A stretch of DNA of 32,000 nt, taken from NCBI GenBank assembly GCA_030149205.1, contig JASBSB010000001.1, forward strand, positions 240,001 to 272,000, in the 5' to 3' direction. The notes below the pieces were generated by a model. The model made no database searches. It saw only the letters and a list, made by a program, of their open reading frames with translations, and was not told the DNA's origin. Each line of letters opens with the position of its first letter. The first letter of the stretch is position 1. Both the position numbers and the translations under genes were made by a program. The stretch is from Candidatus Heimdallarchaeota archaeon (GTDB taxonomy: Archaea; Asgardarchaeota; Heimdallarchaeia; Heimdallarchaeales; Kariarchaeaceae). Of this stretch, positions 1-10,370 are shown piece by piece.

Positions 1-332
<332 letters not shown>

Positions 333-1742
333 TCATCCGACTGCGCCATATTCGGCCATATCAATTTCAATTAGTCTGTTAAGTTCTACTGCATATTCCA
401 TTGGTAGTTCTTTGGCAAAGGGTTCGAAGAAACCCATACATATCAGTGCAATCGCTTCATTCTCAGGAAGTCCACGTGACATTAGATAAAACATTGTCTC
501 CTTTCCAATCTTACCTACTGTAGCTTCATGAGTAATTGTGGCATCGTCTCGCTGAATCTCTTGATATGGGTATGTATCGTTTGTTGAATCTTCATCTAAT
601 AACAGGGCATCACAAACAACATTGGACACAACATTACCTGCATTAGGGGCAACAGTTATCAATCCACGGTATGTCGTTTTTCCATTTCCCCGTGAAATAC
701 TTTTTGCCGTTATTCTCGAATGAGTTCTTGGAGCTAAATGAAGGATTTTTGCCCCAGTGTCCTGATGTTGACCGTGGGAAGCGTATGCAACTGAGAGAAC
801 CTCACCTTTTGCACCTGGTTCCATTAAATAGATGGAAGGATACTTCATTGTCAATTTTGATCCAATATTTCCATCAACCCATTCAACAAGAGAGTTCTCA
901 TAGGCAAAGGCACGTTTTGTAACGAGATTAAAGACATTATTACTCCAATTTTGTATGGTCGTATATCGTATTCTGGAATTTTTATGTGCTACAAGTTCAA
1001 CTACTGCTGCATGAAGTGAGTCAGAACTATAGGAAGGGGCAGTGCAACCCTCAATATAATGTATATCAGAACCTTCTTCTGCTATAATTAAGGTTCGTTC
1101 AAACTGACCTACATTTTTTGCATTGATCCTGAAATAAGCCTGAAGTGGTACTGAAACCTTCAATCCTTTAGGAATTATAATGAATGACCCGCCAGACCAT
1201 ACCGCTGAGTTTAACGCTGCAAATTTATTGTCATTAGCTGGAATAATTTTGCCAAAGTACTCCTTGAAGTATTCTGGGTATTTTTTCAAACCCTCATCTG
1301 TAGATAGGAAGATAACACCCTGCTTTTCAAGGTCTTCTCTTAACTTATGATAAACTGTTTCGGAATCGTACTGAGCACCTACTCCACCTAAGAATTTCCT
1401 CTCTGCTTCTGGAATTCCTAACTTTTCGTAAGTTTGTTTAATATCATCTGGGACATCATCCCAAGATTCTTCAGTCTTTTCAGAATACCTAGCATAATAC
1501 CTGATCTTCTGGAAGTCAACCTGTAAAAGTTTTTCTTGATCTCCCCATTTTGGCATAGGTAATTGTTTGAAGATCTCTAAAGCCTTTAACCTAAACTCTA
1601 ACATCCATTCAGGTTCGTCCTTTAACTTTGATATCTCTCGAACAATATCCTCAGTCAATCCAAAGTCAGTGGATGCTGTAAATTGTTCTGGATCTGCCCA
1701 ACCTGCTTTATAATCTATTTCTAAATCGAGTTTTGAGTCCAT
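333..1742 (-). CDS. sufB: Fe-S cluster assembly scaffold SufB
   Basis: FLGGVGAQYDSETVYH, QFERTLII, YIEGCTAP, RYTTIQNWS, GSKLTMKYPS, CDALL, HEATVGKI, FYLMSRG motifs. Confidence 0.97.
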   Translation of the reverse strand: MDSKLDLEIDYKAGWADPEQFTASTDFGLTEDIVREISKLKDEPEWMLEFRLKALEIFKQLPMPKWGDQEKLLQVDFQKIRYYARYSEKTEESWDDVPDDIKQTYEKLGIPEAERKFLGGVGAQYDSETVYHKLREDLEKQGVIFLSTDEGLKKYPEYFKEYFGKIIPANDNKFAALNSAVWSGGSFIIIPKGLKVSVPLQAYFRINAKNVGQFERTLIIAEEGSDIHYIEGCTAPSYSSDSLHAAVVELVAHKNSRIRYTTIQNWSNNVFNLVTKRAFAYENSLVEWVDGNIGSKLTMKYPSIYLMEPGAKGEVLSVAYASHGQHQDTGAKILHLAPRTHSRITAKSISRGNGKTTYRGLITVAPNAGNVVSNVVCDALLLDEDSTNDTYPYQEIQRDDATITHEATVGKIGKETMFYLMSRGLPENEAIALICMGFFEPFAKELPMEYAVELNRLIEIDMAEYGAVG

Positions 1743-1771
1743 TTGTATCTATATTTAATATTGAGGCATCT

Positions 1772-1779
1772 ATTATAAA
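1772..1779 (-). promoter_or_regulatory. Candidate TATA box for sufB (TTTATAAT on minus strand)
   Basis: The 8-mer lies 30 nt upstream of the sufB ATG, and the same 8-mer lies 26 nt upstream of cdc6. AT-rich background makes chance matches possible. Confidence 0.4.
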
Positions 1780-1875
1780 TTCAATCATAATCTACATTGT
1801 CTATTTTATTTCTAGACAAGAATAATTATGACTATCTTTACTTTTATTTAATAACATGAGAATTATTTTATTGAT

Positions 1876-3192
1876 ATGAGTGCCACGAAGACTGCTAGGT
1901 TTTTGGAAACTTCTTATACAACTGAAGATTCACTTAACAAACTAGTAAGCGGATTAAATGAGGATACCAGACTTGTAGAAAGAAGGAAACGATTGTGGAA
2001 CATCTTTAACGATCTCCCGATTGACCAAGACACCTTATTTTACAAATATACAACATTTAGGAAATTTGATCCCGAAACCCTCCTCCCAGAATGGAAGACA
2101 CCAACAGTGGAAGCACCAATTATTTCAAAACAAAATGTGAAAAATATATCTTTTAAAGCAACTAGATATCCAAATTCATTGTTGATAGAAAATGCAAATG
2201 GAGTTGTGGTGGAAACTCTTCAAGATTTTATAAATTCTCATGAACAGGTTGCAATCAGGATATTAGAAACCTTGAAAGAGCACGAAAGAGATGATAAGTT
2301 TGGAGCATTGGCTGGATCTTTTACAAGATCTACATTAGTTGTATATATTCCACCTAATATGGAAGTTCCTGAGGCAATTAATCTGTTAACTGCAATATCA
2401 GCTAGTGGAGTTGCATTGTTTTCAGAATTGATAATTTACCTGGATACAAATTCTTCGGGTAAAATCACTGAGTTTTATTTAGGCTCTGGAGAATCTCTTG
2501 CAGCAGCAAATTTAATTGTAAACAGAACACATGTAATTTTAAATGAAAACTCAAGATTGGAATACTCAGTTTTTCAAAAGTTGAATGATCAAGACATCTT
2601 TATAGTAGCTAAATCCTCTGATTTGAAAGATAAAGCTAATTTAACAAATTTCACACAGTTAGAAGGAAGTGAAATGAGTAGAGTAAATTCACTTATGAAA
2701 CTTTTCGGAGAACATTCTGAGGGTTATGATTTATTTAATCAGTTTGGGAGTGAAAGACAAAGATTTGACGTAAAATCTGAATTAATTCATACTGGAAAAT
2801 CAACTATCGGACAAACTCATTCCAGAGCTGTGATGATGAACCGTGCAGAATCGATTTTAAGGGGTTTAATCCACATTACAAAATCTGGTGTAAATGCTGA
2901 TTCTTGGCTTACCTCTCATGGATTAACAGTTGGGAAAGGAAAGATTGTAGCTATACCAGCACTTCAAATTGACCAAAACGATATTGCTGCCTCCCACTCT
3001 GCTTCCGTAGAACCATTAAACAAGGAAAAATTATTTTATATTGAATCCCGTGGGATTACTGAGGAGGATGCTAAATCTTTATTGATTAAGGGATATTTTG
3101 AACCTGTAATCAAATATCTGAAGAATGAAAGTGTAAAAGAATTAGCTAGAACCTTCATCGCTGAATCGTGGGAAACCAAAAAATTAGAGTAG
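1876..3192 (+). CDS. sufD: Fe-S cluster assembly protein SufD
   Basis: SufBD beta-helix with SRAVM, SILRGLIHI, PALQIDQNDIAASHSASV and LFYIESRGITEEDAKSLLIKGYF. Lacks the SufB-specific motifs. Confidence 0.9.
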   Translation: MSATKTARFLETSYTTEDSLNKLVSGLNEDTRLVERRKRLWNIFNDLPIDQDTLFYKYTTFRKFDPETLLPEWKTPTVEAPIISKQNVKNISFKATRYPNSLLIENANGVVVETLQDFINSHEQVAIRILETLKEHERDDKFGALAGSFTRSTLVVYIPPNMEVPEAINLLTAISASGVALFSELIIYLDTNSSGKITEFYLGSGESLAAANLIVNRTHVILNENSRLEYSVFQKLNDQDIFIVAKSSDLKDKANLTNFTQLEGSEMSRVNSLMKLFGEHSEGYDLFNQFGSERQRFDVKSELIHTGKSTIGQTHSRAVMMNRAESILRGLIHITKSGVNADSWLTSHGLTVGKGKIVAIPALQIDQNDIAASHSASVEPLNKEKLFYIESRGITEEDAKSLLIKGYFEPVIKYLKNESVKELARTFIAESWETKKLE

Positions 3193-3201
3193 GAAAAGGT
3201 T

Positions 3202-3510
3202 ATGAGCGAATGGATTGAGCTTTGTGATGTTTCTGAATTGAATGAGAAGGAAATTATGCCTATCGATTTCGAAGACACACCTCTGATGATTATAAAGCAC
3301 AATGGCGAATTTCATGTAACTTCAAGAATATGTACACATCAAACTTTTGATTTAACAAAAGGGATCTATAACGATGGGTACATCACCTGTATTCTCCATG
3401 GTTCAATTTTTGAAATTGACACAGGAGAGGTTCTAAATCCTCCGGCAACTGAGGATTTGTATGTTTATAACACAAAAATTTCTGATGGAAAAATTTTGAT
3501 AGAAATTTAA
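3202..3510 (+). CDS. Rieske [2Fe-2S] ferredoxin
   Basis: CxH (ICTHQ) and CxxH (TCILHGSIFEIDTGEVLNPPA) Rieske ligands; 102 aa; 9 nt after the sufD stop. Confidence 0.93.
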   Translation: MSEWIELCDVSELNEKEIMPIDFEDTPLMIIKHNGEFHVTSRICTHQTFDLTKGIYNDGYITCILHGSIFEIDTGEVLNPPATEDLYVYNTKISDGKILIEI

Positions 3511-3565
3511 AATTGCTTGTCTACATTGCCAAAATTCTTAGAGTTACTATCAAGTAGAAATTCGA

Positions 3566-4858
3566 ATGAAATTAAAATCCTGGGATTCCAGTAGGATTAA
3601 TTTAAATATATTAGGAGTTCTCGCTTTTATCAGTGGGTTCTTGATAACAATGATTTTTGGATGGATAACTGGCTACTTATTGAACCCTCAGTTTGAGTTA
3701 TTGAAATCGACTCATTACTATTACCTTATTCCATTTTCCGTTGCTCTCTTGTTATTGCTAGTGTTATTGTACAAGGTTAGTGTCCAACAAATTCATGGGT
3801 TGGTATTCTTTTTTGCATTCGTTTTAAGTTTAACAATTGCTGACTTGTTTAAACTTCTCGCTGGGGTGACTCAGTTTCAAACCACACCATTTCACAGAAA
3901 TGGAAATATTTTCAGTCAAATCGGAGATGTGATGATGCCATTAGCAATTATCTTCCTCTATGTCCATCTAGAGTTAATAGAAAACAAAAATATTTCATTG
4001 TTTAGAGGTATAGGCATTTTGGGTTCTGGAATTCCTTTAGTTTTAGGAGGGATTCTTCAACAACTAGTTTGGTGGATTCCAGAGATCACTGTATTCTTGA
4101 ACCGACCAACTTTATATCAAGAATTAACCGATTTAATAACAGTTTATCTGTACATATTTGGATTAATTGTCCTCTGGGTGAGTATCTTTGGGATTAAAAT
4201 TATGAGAGACATGGTCTATTTTTCAAATACTTCATCCATAAAAGTGAGTTCATTCCTCGTCATGGTGGGCTTTTCTGTATTCTTAACTCTATTTGCAATT
4301 TTGGGAGTAAGAGATGGATTAAATTTATGGTCAATTGTTATTGGTTCAAAAATTCAATTATTTGAGATTCACACCTCTTGGCTTATCTTATTAGGGAACT
4401 TGTTTCTACTCATAGCTTATATCCAAAATCCAAACTTTGCATATACTGTCCCTTTCGACGTGTATCAGGTAGTAGTAATGGAAAAAGATGAAGGTATAAC
4501 ATTATTTAATTTCATAAATGAAATTAGTCATTACAACGAAGGTAAAACTGTAAAGTCCGAACTCAATGCACCTGCCTTAGTTGCAATACAAGTACTCTTA
4601 AAAGAAATAACAAATGCGAAAGGAAGATTACAAACCATTGATTTATCTGATAAATCACTTCTCTTCTCGACTGTTGAGAGAGTAACTACAATCGTGATTG
4701 CTGACAAGGTTTCATATATACTTGAAAAGACTAATCAAAGTTTTGCCTTAGCATTTTACCAGTTCAACAAATCGAGGATTGAAAAATTTGATGGAGAACA
4801 GAGCATCTTTATGGAATCTGAGAAGGTTTTATATAGATTTTTTCCATTCTTCTTATAA
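3566..4858 (+). CDS. Polytopic membrane protein (~8 TM) with C-terminal soluble longin-like domain
   Basis: About 8 hydrophobic segments in residues ~15-290, then a ~135-aa alpha/beta domain (VYQVVVMEKDEGITLF...PALVAIQVLLKEI...FALAFYQFNKSRIEKFDGEQSIF). The CDS is secure; the longin call is pattern-based. Confidence 0.6.
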   Translation: MKLKSWDSSRINLNILGVLAFISGFLITMIFGWITGYLLNPQFELLKSTHYYYLIPFSVALLLLLVLLYKVSVQQIHGLVFFFAFVLSLTIADLFKLLAGVTQFQTTPFHRNGNIFSQIGDVMMPLAIIFLYVHLELIENKNISLFRGIGILGSGIPLVLGGILQQLVWWIPEITVFLNRPTLYQELTDLITVYLYIFGLIVLWVSIFGIKIMRDMVYFSNTSSIKVSSFLVMVGFSVFLTLFAILGVRDGLNLWSIVIGSKIQLFEIHTSWLILLGNLFLLIAYIQNPNFAYTVPFDVYQVVVMEKDEGITLFNFINEISHYNEGKTVKSELNAPALVAIQVLLKEITNAKGRLQTIDLSDKSLLFSTVERVTTIVIADKVSYILEKTNQSFALAFYQFNKSRIEKFDGEQSIFMESEKVLYRFFPFFL

Positions 4859-7522
4859 TTTGGTATCCCTTATGAGGTTAATTAGATCCTTAGACACATC
4901 TAAATCAAAATAATTTTGTACTCTTATTTCAAGTAATTTCTGGTATTGGAACCAATAATAATTAAGATCTAAAGATGAGATGTGCCTTTGAGTATACTTT
5001 ATCTTAAGCCTGTTAAGGATTAAATTAAAATCAAAATATGAGATACGAATAAAGGAATTTATTCTGTCAGGATCAACCCGTGGATTCCTACTAACGATTT
5101 CATTGATTAGACCTTCACCTGTAGTGATAAATGATATCAGATTTTTATTAAACCTTCTAAGATCGATACCCAACCAAACTATCACCCCTAATAATCCAAT
5201 TAATAGAATTCCAAAAAAACTTAATTGCAATGGAATGGGGAACAAGACCTCAAACAAATTTACCCTATGCACGGGAATGGTTTGGTTAAATGAAGCCAGA
5301 AAATTAAAACCCTGAATATTTCGTATTATTGGGTTTGTGGAAATTGTCGTTGTTATATTTGTCGTATCTAGTACACTGAATGGTACCCCTCGCACATCTA
5401 CCCCCGTTGCATTGATATGTGGCCATTCATAAGATCCCTGAGGTAGACCGCTAGTCTTAAAAATGTAGTCTAAAACAATTAACCCGCTTTCCTGAGTGAA
5501 ATCAATTTTTATAAAAATTTTATCTGTCTGAAGAGAGATTACCTTTCTAAAATCCGAACTTGTACCTACCAGACGATCAAGTGGAAACTTAAAGGAAACA
5601 GTGATCAATAAATCTTTAACTGAATTTAAGTTTTGGAGGTAAATATAAGCCTTGAGCCTCCCATTCTCACCAGGCCTGTAAAAGCTTTTTAGTCCTTCAT
5701 AGTAGGTAAACAGGATTGGATTTGGATTTGCAAACTTTATAATCGGAAACTTATTCAATGGAATAGAGGAGTTTAGAGTTTGATCTTTAACACTGCTATA
5801 GGCCAAAGAAGTTTGGATTGTTGTGACATTGTAATCCTTATATTGTATAACCGCAGGGATTGTTAGTGGACTAGTTGAATTTAAAATTGAATTTGCATAG
5901 TTAATTTTTCCTTCTATATTCCAATTCCTATTTGAATAAACAGACATTACTGTCATAGTACTAGTTGATTCACTTATGTTATTTACACCATTATTTCTAA
6001 ACAAACTAACAAGAGGGGTAGAAGACATATTTAATTTTATATTTAACAGAAAATCGCCCTTGTCATAATTTGTGTTGTTATTTAGGTTGAATAGAACTGT
6101 TAGTGTATCTAACAGACTTACATTGGAAGAATTTGAAGGAGTAAGATCTTGAACTTGTATAAAAAAGTAAAGACCAGTGAAATAATATGCAAACGAAAGG
6201 GTAATATTTGAAATATGAGTCCCAAACAGCAATTTCGTAGGGTTAAGAGGCACTCCTTGCCAAGGAAATCCTCTGATTCCATCTAGAGCAGATTCTTGGT
6301 TCATATATCCGCCATCAATCACATTTGGATTAGGAGAAGGGATAATTTTGATATTACTTACAGAGCTTAAGTTCATCATTTTAAACAAATCTGAGACCCT
6401 GTCTCCTACCTCAGAATTCAAAATAACTCCAAGTTTTCCGAACACTAACTTATTAGATCCCTTTTGAAAAATTAAAGGAACACCAAACCTTCCGTCTAGA
6501 GATTGCCCTAAAACGGTTATATTAGCTCTAAAACTATTGAGACCTTGTAGATAGAAGGAAAACCGCGAATCAAATTTTGTGTAAAGATCTCTTGATAATT
6601 CGAGCGAACCAATATCAGTGTATTGGAAAACATTATTTGTTTCTTGGACTATAATAGAAGAGACTTGGATCCCCAAGACCCTTTCTACCGCGGAACCTCT
6701 TGATTTTACATTACCCCCAGGGTCATACACGTTTACTAAGGGATATCCACCCAATACAGCAACATTTCCACCAGAATTAACAAATCGCATCAGGGGCCCC
6801 GTAGAATCTAAGCTAAAAGAATATACTGAGCCTGGCAGCGTATCATGTGCTGAAAAAAACCACCGCGTTTCGTTTTTAGGAATACTATCACTTAAAAAGT
6901 TTGGAACCATCTCTGCACTCAAACTAACGAGTTGTGCATTTGGATAATTACTTTTAATATTTTCAGTAAAGTTTGAATAAATGTCCCTGCTTGTTTGGTT
7001 AGAAAGGTAAATGTTTTTCCAATTATCCGAATAGAATACCCCAATTACCAGTGAACTATAAATAGGTAACGCTGGTACAGGAAGTGCAATCTCTGCTAAC
7101 CTATTCTTTTCTGACCCATAAGTTGAGTAAATGATATATGCTGTATAATTGGTGTATGATTGAATTTGAAAGCTTGCATTTTGTGGGACAACAACTACAT
7201 TAATCAATCCCTTTGCTAAATAAGGATCACTAGGAAATTTCCATAGTTTTTGAACTCCTAAATTAGAGATAACGAGTGCCTTAAGAAAAACTCCTGATTT
7301 TGGAACGCTAAGGTTAAGATACAACAAATCTATTAGTCCGTTTTTATCTTCATCACGACTGGATAGAATACCATAAAAATTTATTTCCTTGCCATTTTGA
7401 CTCGCTTGTGCTAAATTCGCATTGTAAATAATAAATCCACTTACAGAGAATAATAACAGAAGTAGGAGAAAAATAGCTTTGAAGTTTCCTGACTGATAAT
7501 ATTTGAATGACCCTTTTTCCAC
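4853..7522 (-). CDS. Large type I membrane/surface glycoprotein with GATase-like and CBM9/DOMON-like domains
   Basis: N-terminal hydrophobic signal ending LAQA, DEDKNGLID motif, FVNSGGNVAVLGG segment, PNVIDG...LYFFIQVQD...WNIEGKI segment, C-terminal TM helix and ~100-aa tail. GTG start. Confidence 0.65.
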   Translation of the reverse strand: MEKGSFKYYQSGNFKAIFLLLLLLFSVSGFIIYNANLAQASQNGKEINFYGILSSRDEDKNGLIDLLYLNLSVPKSGVFLKALVISNLGVQKLWKFPSDPYLAKGLINVVVVPQNASFQIQSYTNYTAYIIYSTYGSEKNRLAEIALPVPALPIYSSLVIGVFYSDNWKNIYLSNQTSRDIYSNFTENIKSNYPNAQLVSLSAEMVPNFLSDSIPKNETRWFFSAHDTLPGSVYSFSLDSTGPLMRFVNSGGNVAVLGGYPLVNVYDPGGNVKSRGSAVERVLGIQVSSIIVQETNNVFQYTDIGSLELSRDLYTKFDSRFSFYLQGLNSFRANITVLGQSLDGRFGVPLIFQKGSNKLVFGKLGVILNSEVGDRVSDLFKMMNLSSVSNIKIIPSPNPNVIDGGYMNQESALDGIRGFPWQGVPLNPTKLLFGTHISNITLSFAYYFTGLYFFIQVQDLTPSNSSNVSLLDTLTVLFNLNNNTNYDKGDFLLNIKLNMSSTPLVSLFRNNGVNNISESTSTMTVMSVYSNRNWNIEGKINYANSILNSTSPLTIPAVIQYKDYNVTTIQTSLAYSSVKDQTLNSSIPLNKFPIIKFANPNPILFTYYEGLKSFYRPGENGRLKAYIYLQNLNSVKDLLITVSFKFPLDRLVGTSSDFRKVISLQTDKIFIKIDFTQESGLIVLDYIFKTSGLPQGSYEWPHINATGVDVRGVPFSVLDTTNITTTISTNPIIRNIQGFNFLASFNQTIPVHRVNLFEVLFPIPLQLSFFGILLIGLLGVIVWLGIDLRRFNKNLISFITTGEGLINEIVSRNPRVDPDRINSFIRISYFDFNLILNRLKIKYTQRHISSLDLNYYWFQYQKLLEIRVQNYFDLDVSKDLINLIRDTKL

Positions 7523-7592
7523 TTATGTGTAAACATTTTGAACTGATATAAGTTTTAACTAAGTAGAAAGTTTGTAGTAATCTTTTTTATAG

Positions 7593-8381
7593 CTAATTAT
7601 GAGTTTTGTTTTCGTACTCGTCCTTTAAACTTTGAATAGATTGCATTATACGATCAACAGCCTCCTTTGAAACTTCCTTTGAAGGCGGTAACTTCCTAAG
7701 ATCGTCTAGATATACCGGGGGACCATATTTAACCAAAATTTCAATCGATCGTAATCCTTTTCCCCAGGTTACTGCCTTTCCAAGGGGCATAGCTTTATCG
7801 GTATTCTTAAGATAAACTGGGATTATTGGTGCTCTTGTTTGTTGAGCAATCCATCCACTCCCAACCTTACCTGGATTTAACTTATAATGCTTCGGATCTT
7901 TGTTTCTTTGGCCTTCTGGATACCATAAAAGTGAGGACCCTCTATTCACCAAGTCGATGGAGTAATTAACTACTTTCAACTGTTTTGCCTTTTTACGGAC
8001 TGGGAAAACATTTAATCTAGAGGCCATAGCTCTAAACCATGGGACTGTAAATAATTTTTCATCTGCTATAAAATGAACTGGGATTTTAGGGTAGAGTGGA
8101 ATTAGTGCGGCAACACTGTCAAGGTGAGATAAATGATTTGGCATCAATATCATATGGTAATCTTTTGGAACATGTTCAAGTCCTTCTACTCTAAATTTCC
8201 AGAAAAACTTAATTAATGTCTTAAGTATTGCACCCACCACATAGTAAGCTAACCTATGAGTAACGTAGGAATAATTATAAATTTCCGTAACACCCATAGT
8301 CTTGATTTTATGTGATCCTACAACAGAATTGAAAAATTCGGTGTTTTTTTCGTTTTGATTCTCATCTCTGACCTGTTGCAT
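7593..8381 (-). CDS. plsC: Lysophospholipid acyltransferase family protein (1-acyl-sn-glycerol-3-phosphate acyltransferase-like)
   Basis: NHLSHLD (HX4D catalytic block), FIADEKLF, FPVRK, LLWYPEGQR and IIPVY blocks. Confidence 0.88.
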   Translation of the reverse strand: MQQVRDENQNEKNTEFFNSVVGSHKIKTMGVTEIYNYSYVTHRLAYYVVGAILKTLIKFFWKFRVEGLEHVPKDYHMILMPNHLSHLDSVAALIPLYPKIPVHFIADEKLFTVPWFRAMASRLNVFPVRKKAKQLKVVNYSIDLVNRGSSLLWYPEGQRNKDPKHYKLNPGKVGSGWIAQQTRAPIIPVYLKNTDKAMPLGKAVTWGKGLRSIEILVKYGPPVYLDDLRKLPPSKEVSKEAVDRIMQSIQSLKDEYENKTHN

Positions 8382-8600
8382 AACCGATTTCTGATGAAAA
8401 TGAATAAAAGCTTTACTATAAGCAAAGAATAAGTAAGTATGCTTTTTTTATATAAAGAAATTTGTGATGTGTGAAAATTATGGTAATAGCGTTCAAGGAG
8501 ATTTATTAAATGGGAAATGACTATTATTTGTTTATAAAACAGAAAAAATCAAGTTCGCAAATATTGTGCACTTGTTCAATTTAGGACTTATATGACAAAT

Positions 8601-10325
8601 TCAGCTAGTTAAATTGTCATTAAAAATCATTGATCTGAGGTTAAGCTGTGATTCACTCGGTGTACCCATAAAAGATAACTTAAATTCAAATTCCTTTGAA
8701 ACAAGACTTATATTTGAAAAATAAAGCATTTCATCCTTAAAATAACCAATTTTAACATCTGTTGGGATTTTTGAATTAATTTCCTTCATGATTTGACCTG
8801 AAATTTTTGAACCGTTTATTGAAATTATTTCATCATTGACAGATATCTCTGTTCCGTAAAGGTCAGAATCTGCTGAAATTTCCTTAATCTTATTCGCTGA
8901 GTTTAATTTTACACCAAACAAATTTTCTGACAGAATTTCGTTTTTCTTTATTTCTACTCCGATCCTCTCAAAATACTTATCAAATGGAAGTTCGGTAGTA
9001 CTATAAATAAATTTGTTGAAAAATTCTGTCACGTTTACACCTGTTGCATTCTGAACAATTGAATCAAAACTTTTCTCATCAAAACCCATGGTAGGGTCTT
9101 TCTTATATTCTGTATACAAATAACGATAAACATCATCTAAAGAAGATTTATATTTACTTTCTGTTAAGATTTCAAGGTTTAATAGAAAGCCAACTAACCC
9201 ACCTTTCAAATAGTAACTCACCACAGAGTTAATAGAATTCTCATCTGGCTTGTACAGTTTTATCCATGCGTCAAAGCTTGATAAGGTCAATGACCTTACA
9301 AATCTACCTGGTGTTTTAAGGTAGGAGTTAATTGCCTTCTCTAATAATGATAGGTATTCATTAGCATCAATTAACCCTTCATTATGAATCAACTGTTTTT
9401 CGTAGAAATTTGTCAACCCCTCAGCAATCCATAATGCTGTGGTATAGGTTTCTGATTCATAATTAAATGGCCCCAGCTGTTTAGGTCTAATTCTCTTGAC
9501 ATTAAATACGTGAAAATGTTCATGAGACTCCAGAGTGAGAAATTTGATGTAGTTTTCTCTCTCTCTGAATTTCCAACGATTAAAAATACTTACATTTGAA
9601 AATTTATGTTCCAGACCTCCTCCACCACTTTGAACAACAAAAAGTATCCAAAGGTATCTGTTATAGGGAAGCTCCCCAAATAGTTTAATTGTTGATGATT
9701 GAATCGCTTTTAAATCCTTTGAGATGGATTGAATGTCATAATTTCCTTCTTCTCCAATCACAAGAACTCTGTTTTTTATATCTTCTTTCATATATTCAGA
9801 GATTGAATAATATTCTGGTTTCACTATTGCAACAGGTGAATCAACTAGCTCATCATAGTCTTCTGCAAAATATTTGCCTTTTACATGTGGTAAGGAACTA
9901 AATGTTTCAAAGCCATCTAAGTCAAATGAAATGGTATATTCTTGAGATTTATAATCTAGACCATCTAAATTTTTGAGATAAAAAAAGGTTGCTGCACCAT
10001 TAATTAATCCATATCTGTTATCAAGATAGTTAGTTCTCACACTAAACTCAAAGCAATATAACTCATATTCCAAATTGACCTTACTGTCTTTGGAAACAGG
10101 AATCATCCATTGATTTTTGGTAATTTTGTTCAAGCTGTCATCATGGGATGTTAGTTTTAAATTTTGGATATGACGAGAATAATCACGTATTAAATAACTA
10201 CCAGGTGTCCAGCTTGGAAGTTCGATAATCGGATTGTTACACGGTGCTTCAAATTCCATTGATAAACTGACTAAATGTTTATTAGCCTGTTTTAGACCAA
10301 TTTTGTATTCAATCATAATACCCAA
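8601..10325 (-). CDS. M61 family (glycyl aminopeptidase-like) zinc metallopeptidase with C-terminal PDZ-like region
   Basis: LPSWTPGSYLIRDYSR, DYDELVDSP, GGGGLEH, HEHFH (HExxH), WIAEGLTNFY, SYYLKGG. No signal peptide. Confidence 0.93.
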   Translation of the reverse strand: MGIMIEYKIGLKQANKHLVSLSMEFEAPCNNPIIELPSWTPGSYLIRDYSRHIQNLKLTSHDDSLNKITKNQWMIPVSKDSKVNLEYELYCFEFSVRTNYLDNRYGLINGAATFFYLKNLDGLDYKSQEYTISFDLDGFETFSSLPHVKGKYFAEDYDELVDSPVAIVKPEYYSISEYMKEDIKNRVLVIGEEGNYDIQSISKDLKAIQSSTIKLFGELPYNRYLWILFVVQSGGGGLEHKFSNVSIFNRWKFRERENYIKFLTLESHEHFHVFNVKRIRPKQLGPFNYESETYTTALWIAEGLTNFYEKQLIHNEGLIDANEYLSLLEKAINSYLKTPGRFVRSLTLSSFDAWIKLYKPDENSINSVVSYYLKGGLVGFLLNLEILTESKYKSSLDDVYRYLYTEYKKDPTMGFDEKSFDSIVQNATGVNVTEFFNKFIYSTTELPFDKYFERIGVEIKKNEILSENLFGVKLNSANKIKEISADSDLYGTEISVNDEIISINGSKISGQIMKEINSKIPTDVKIGYFKDEMLYFSNISLVSKEFEFKLSFMGTPSESQLNLRSMIFNDNLTS

Positions 10326-10370
10326 GAATTCGAAACCATTATTAGTCTTTGTGCATTGATTATTATCCTC

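Noticed and set aside
970-1010. Possible intein in SufB near the known insertion site (actual EGCTAP codons at about 1037-1054)
   Set aside because: YIEGCTAP is uninterrupted and the protein is normal length.
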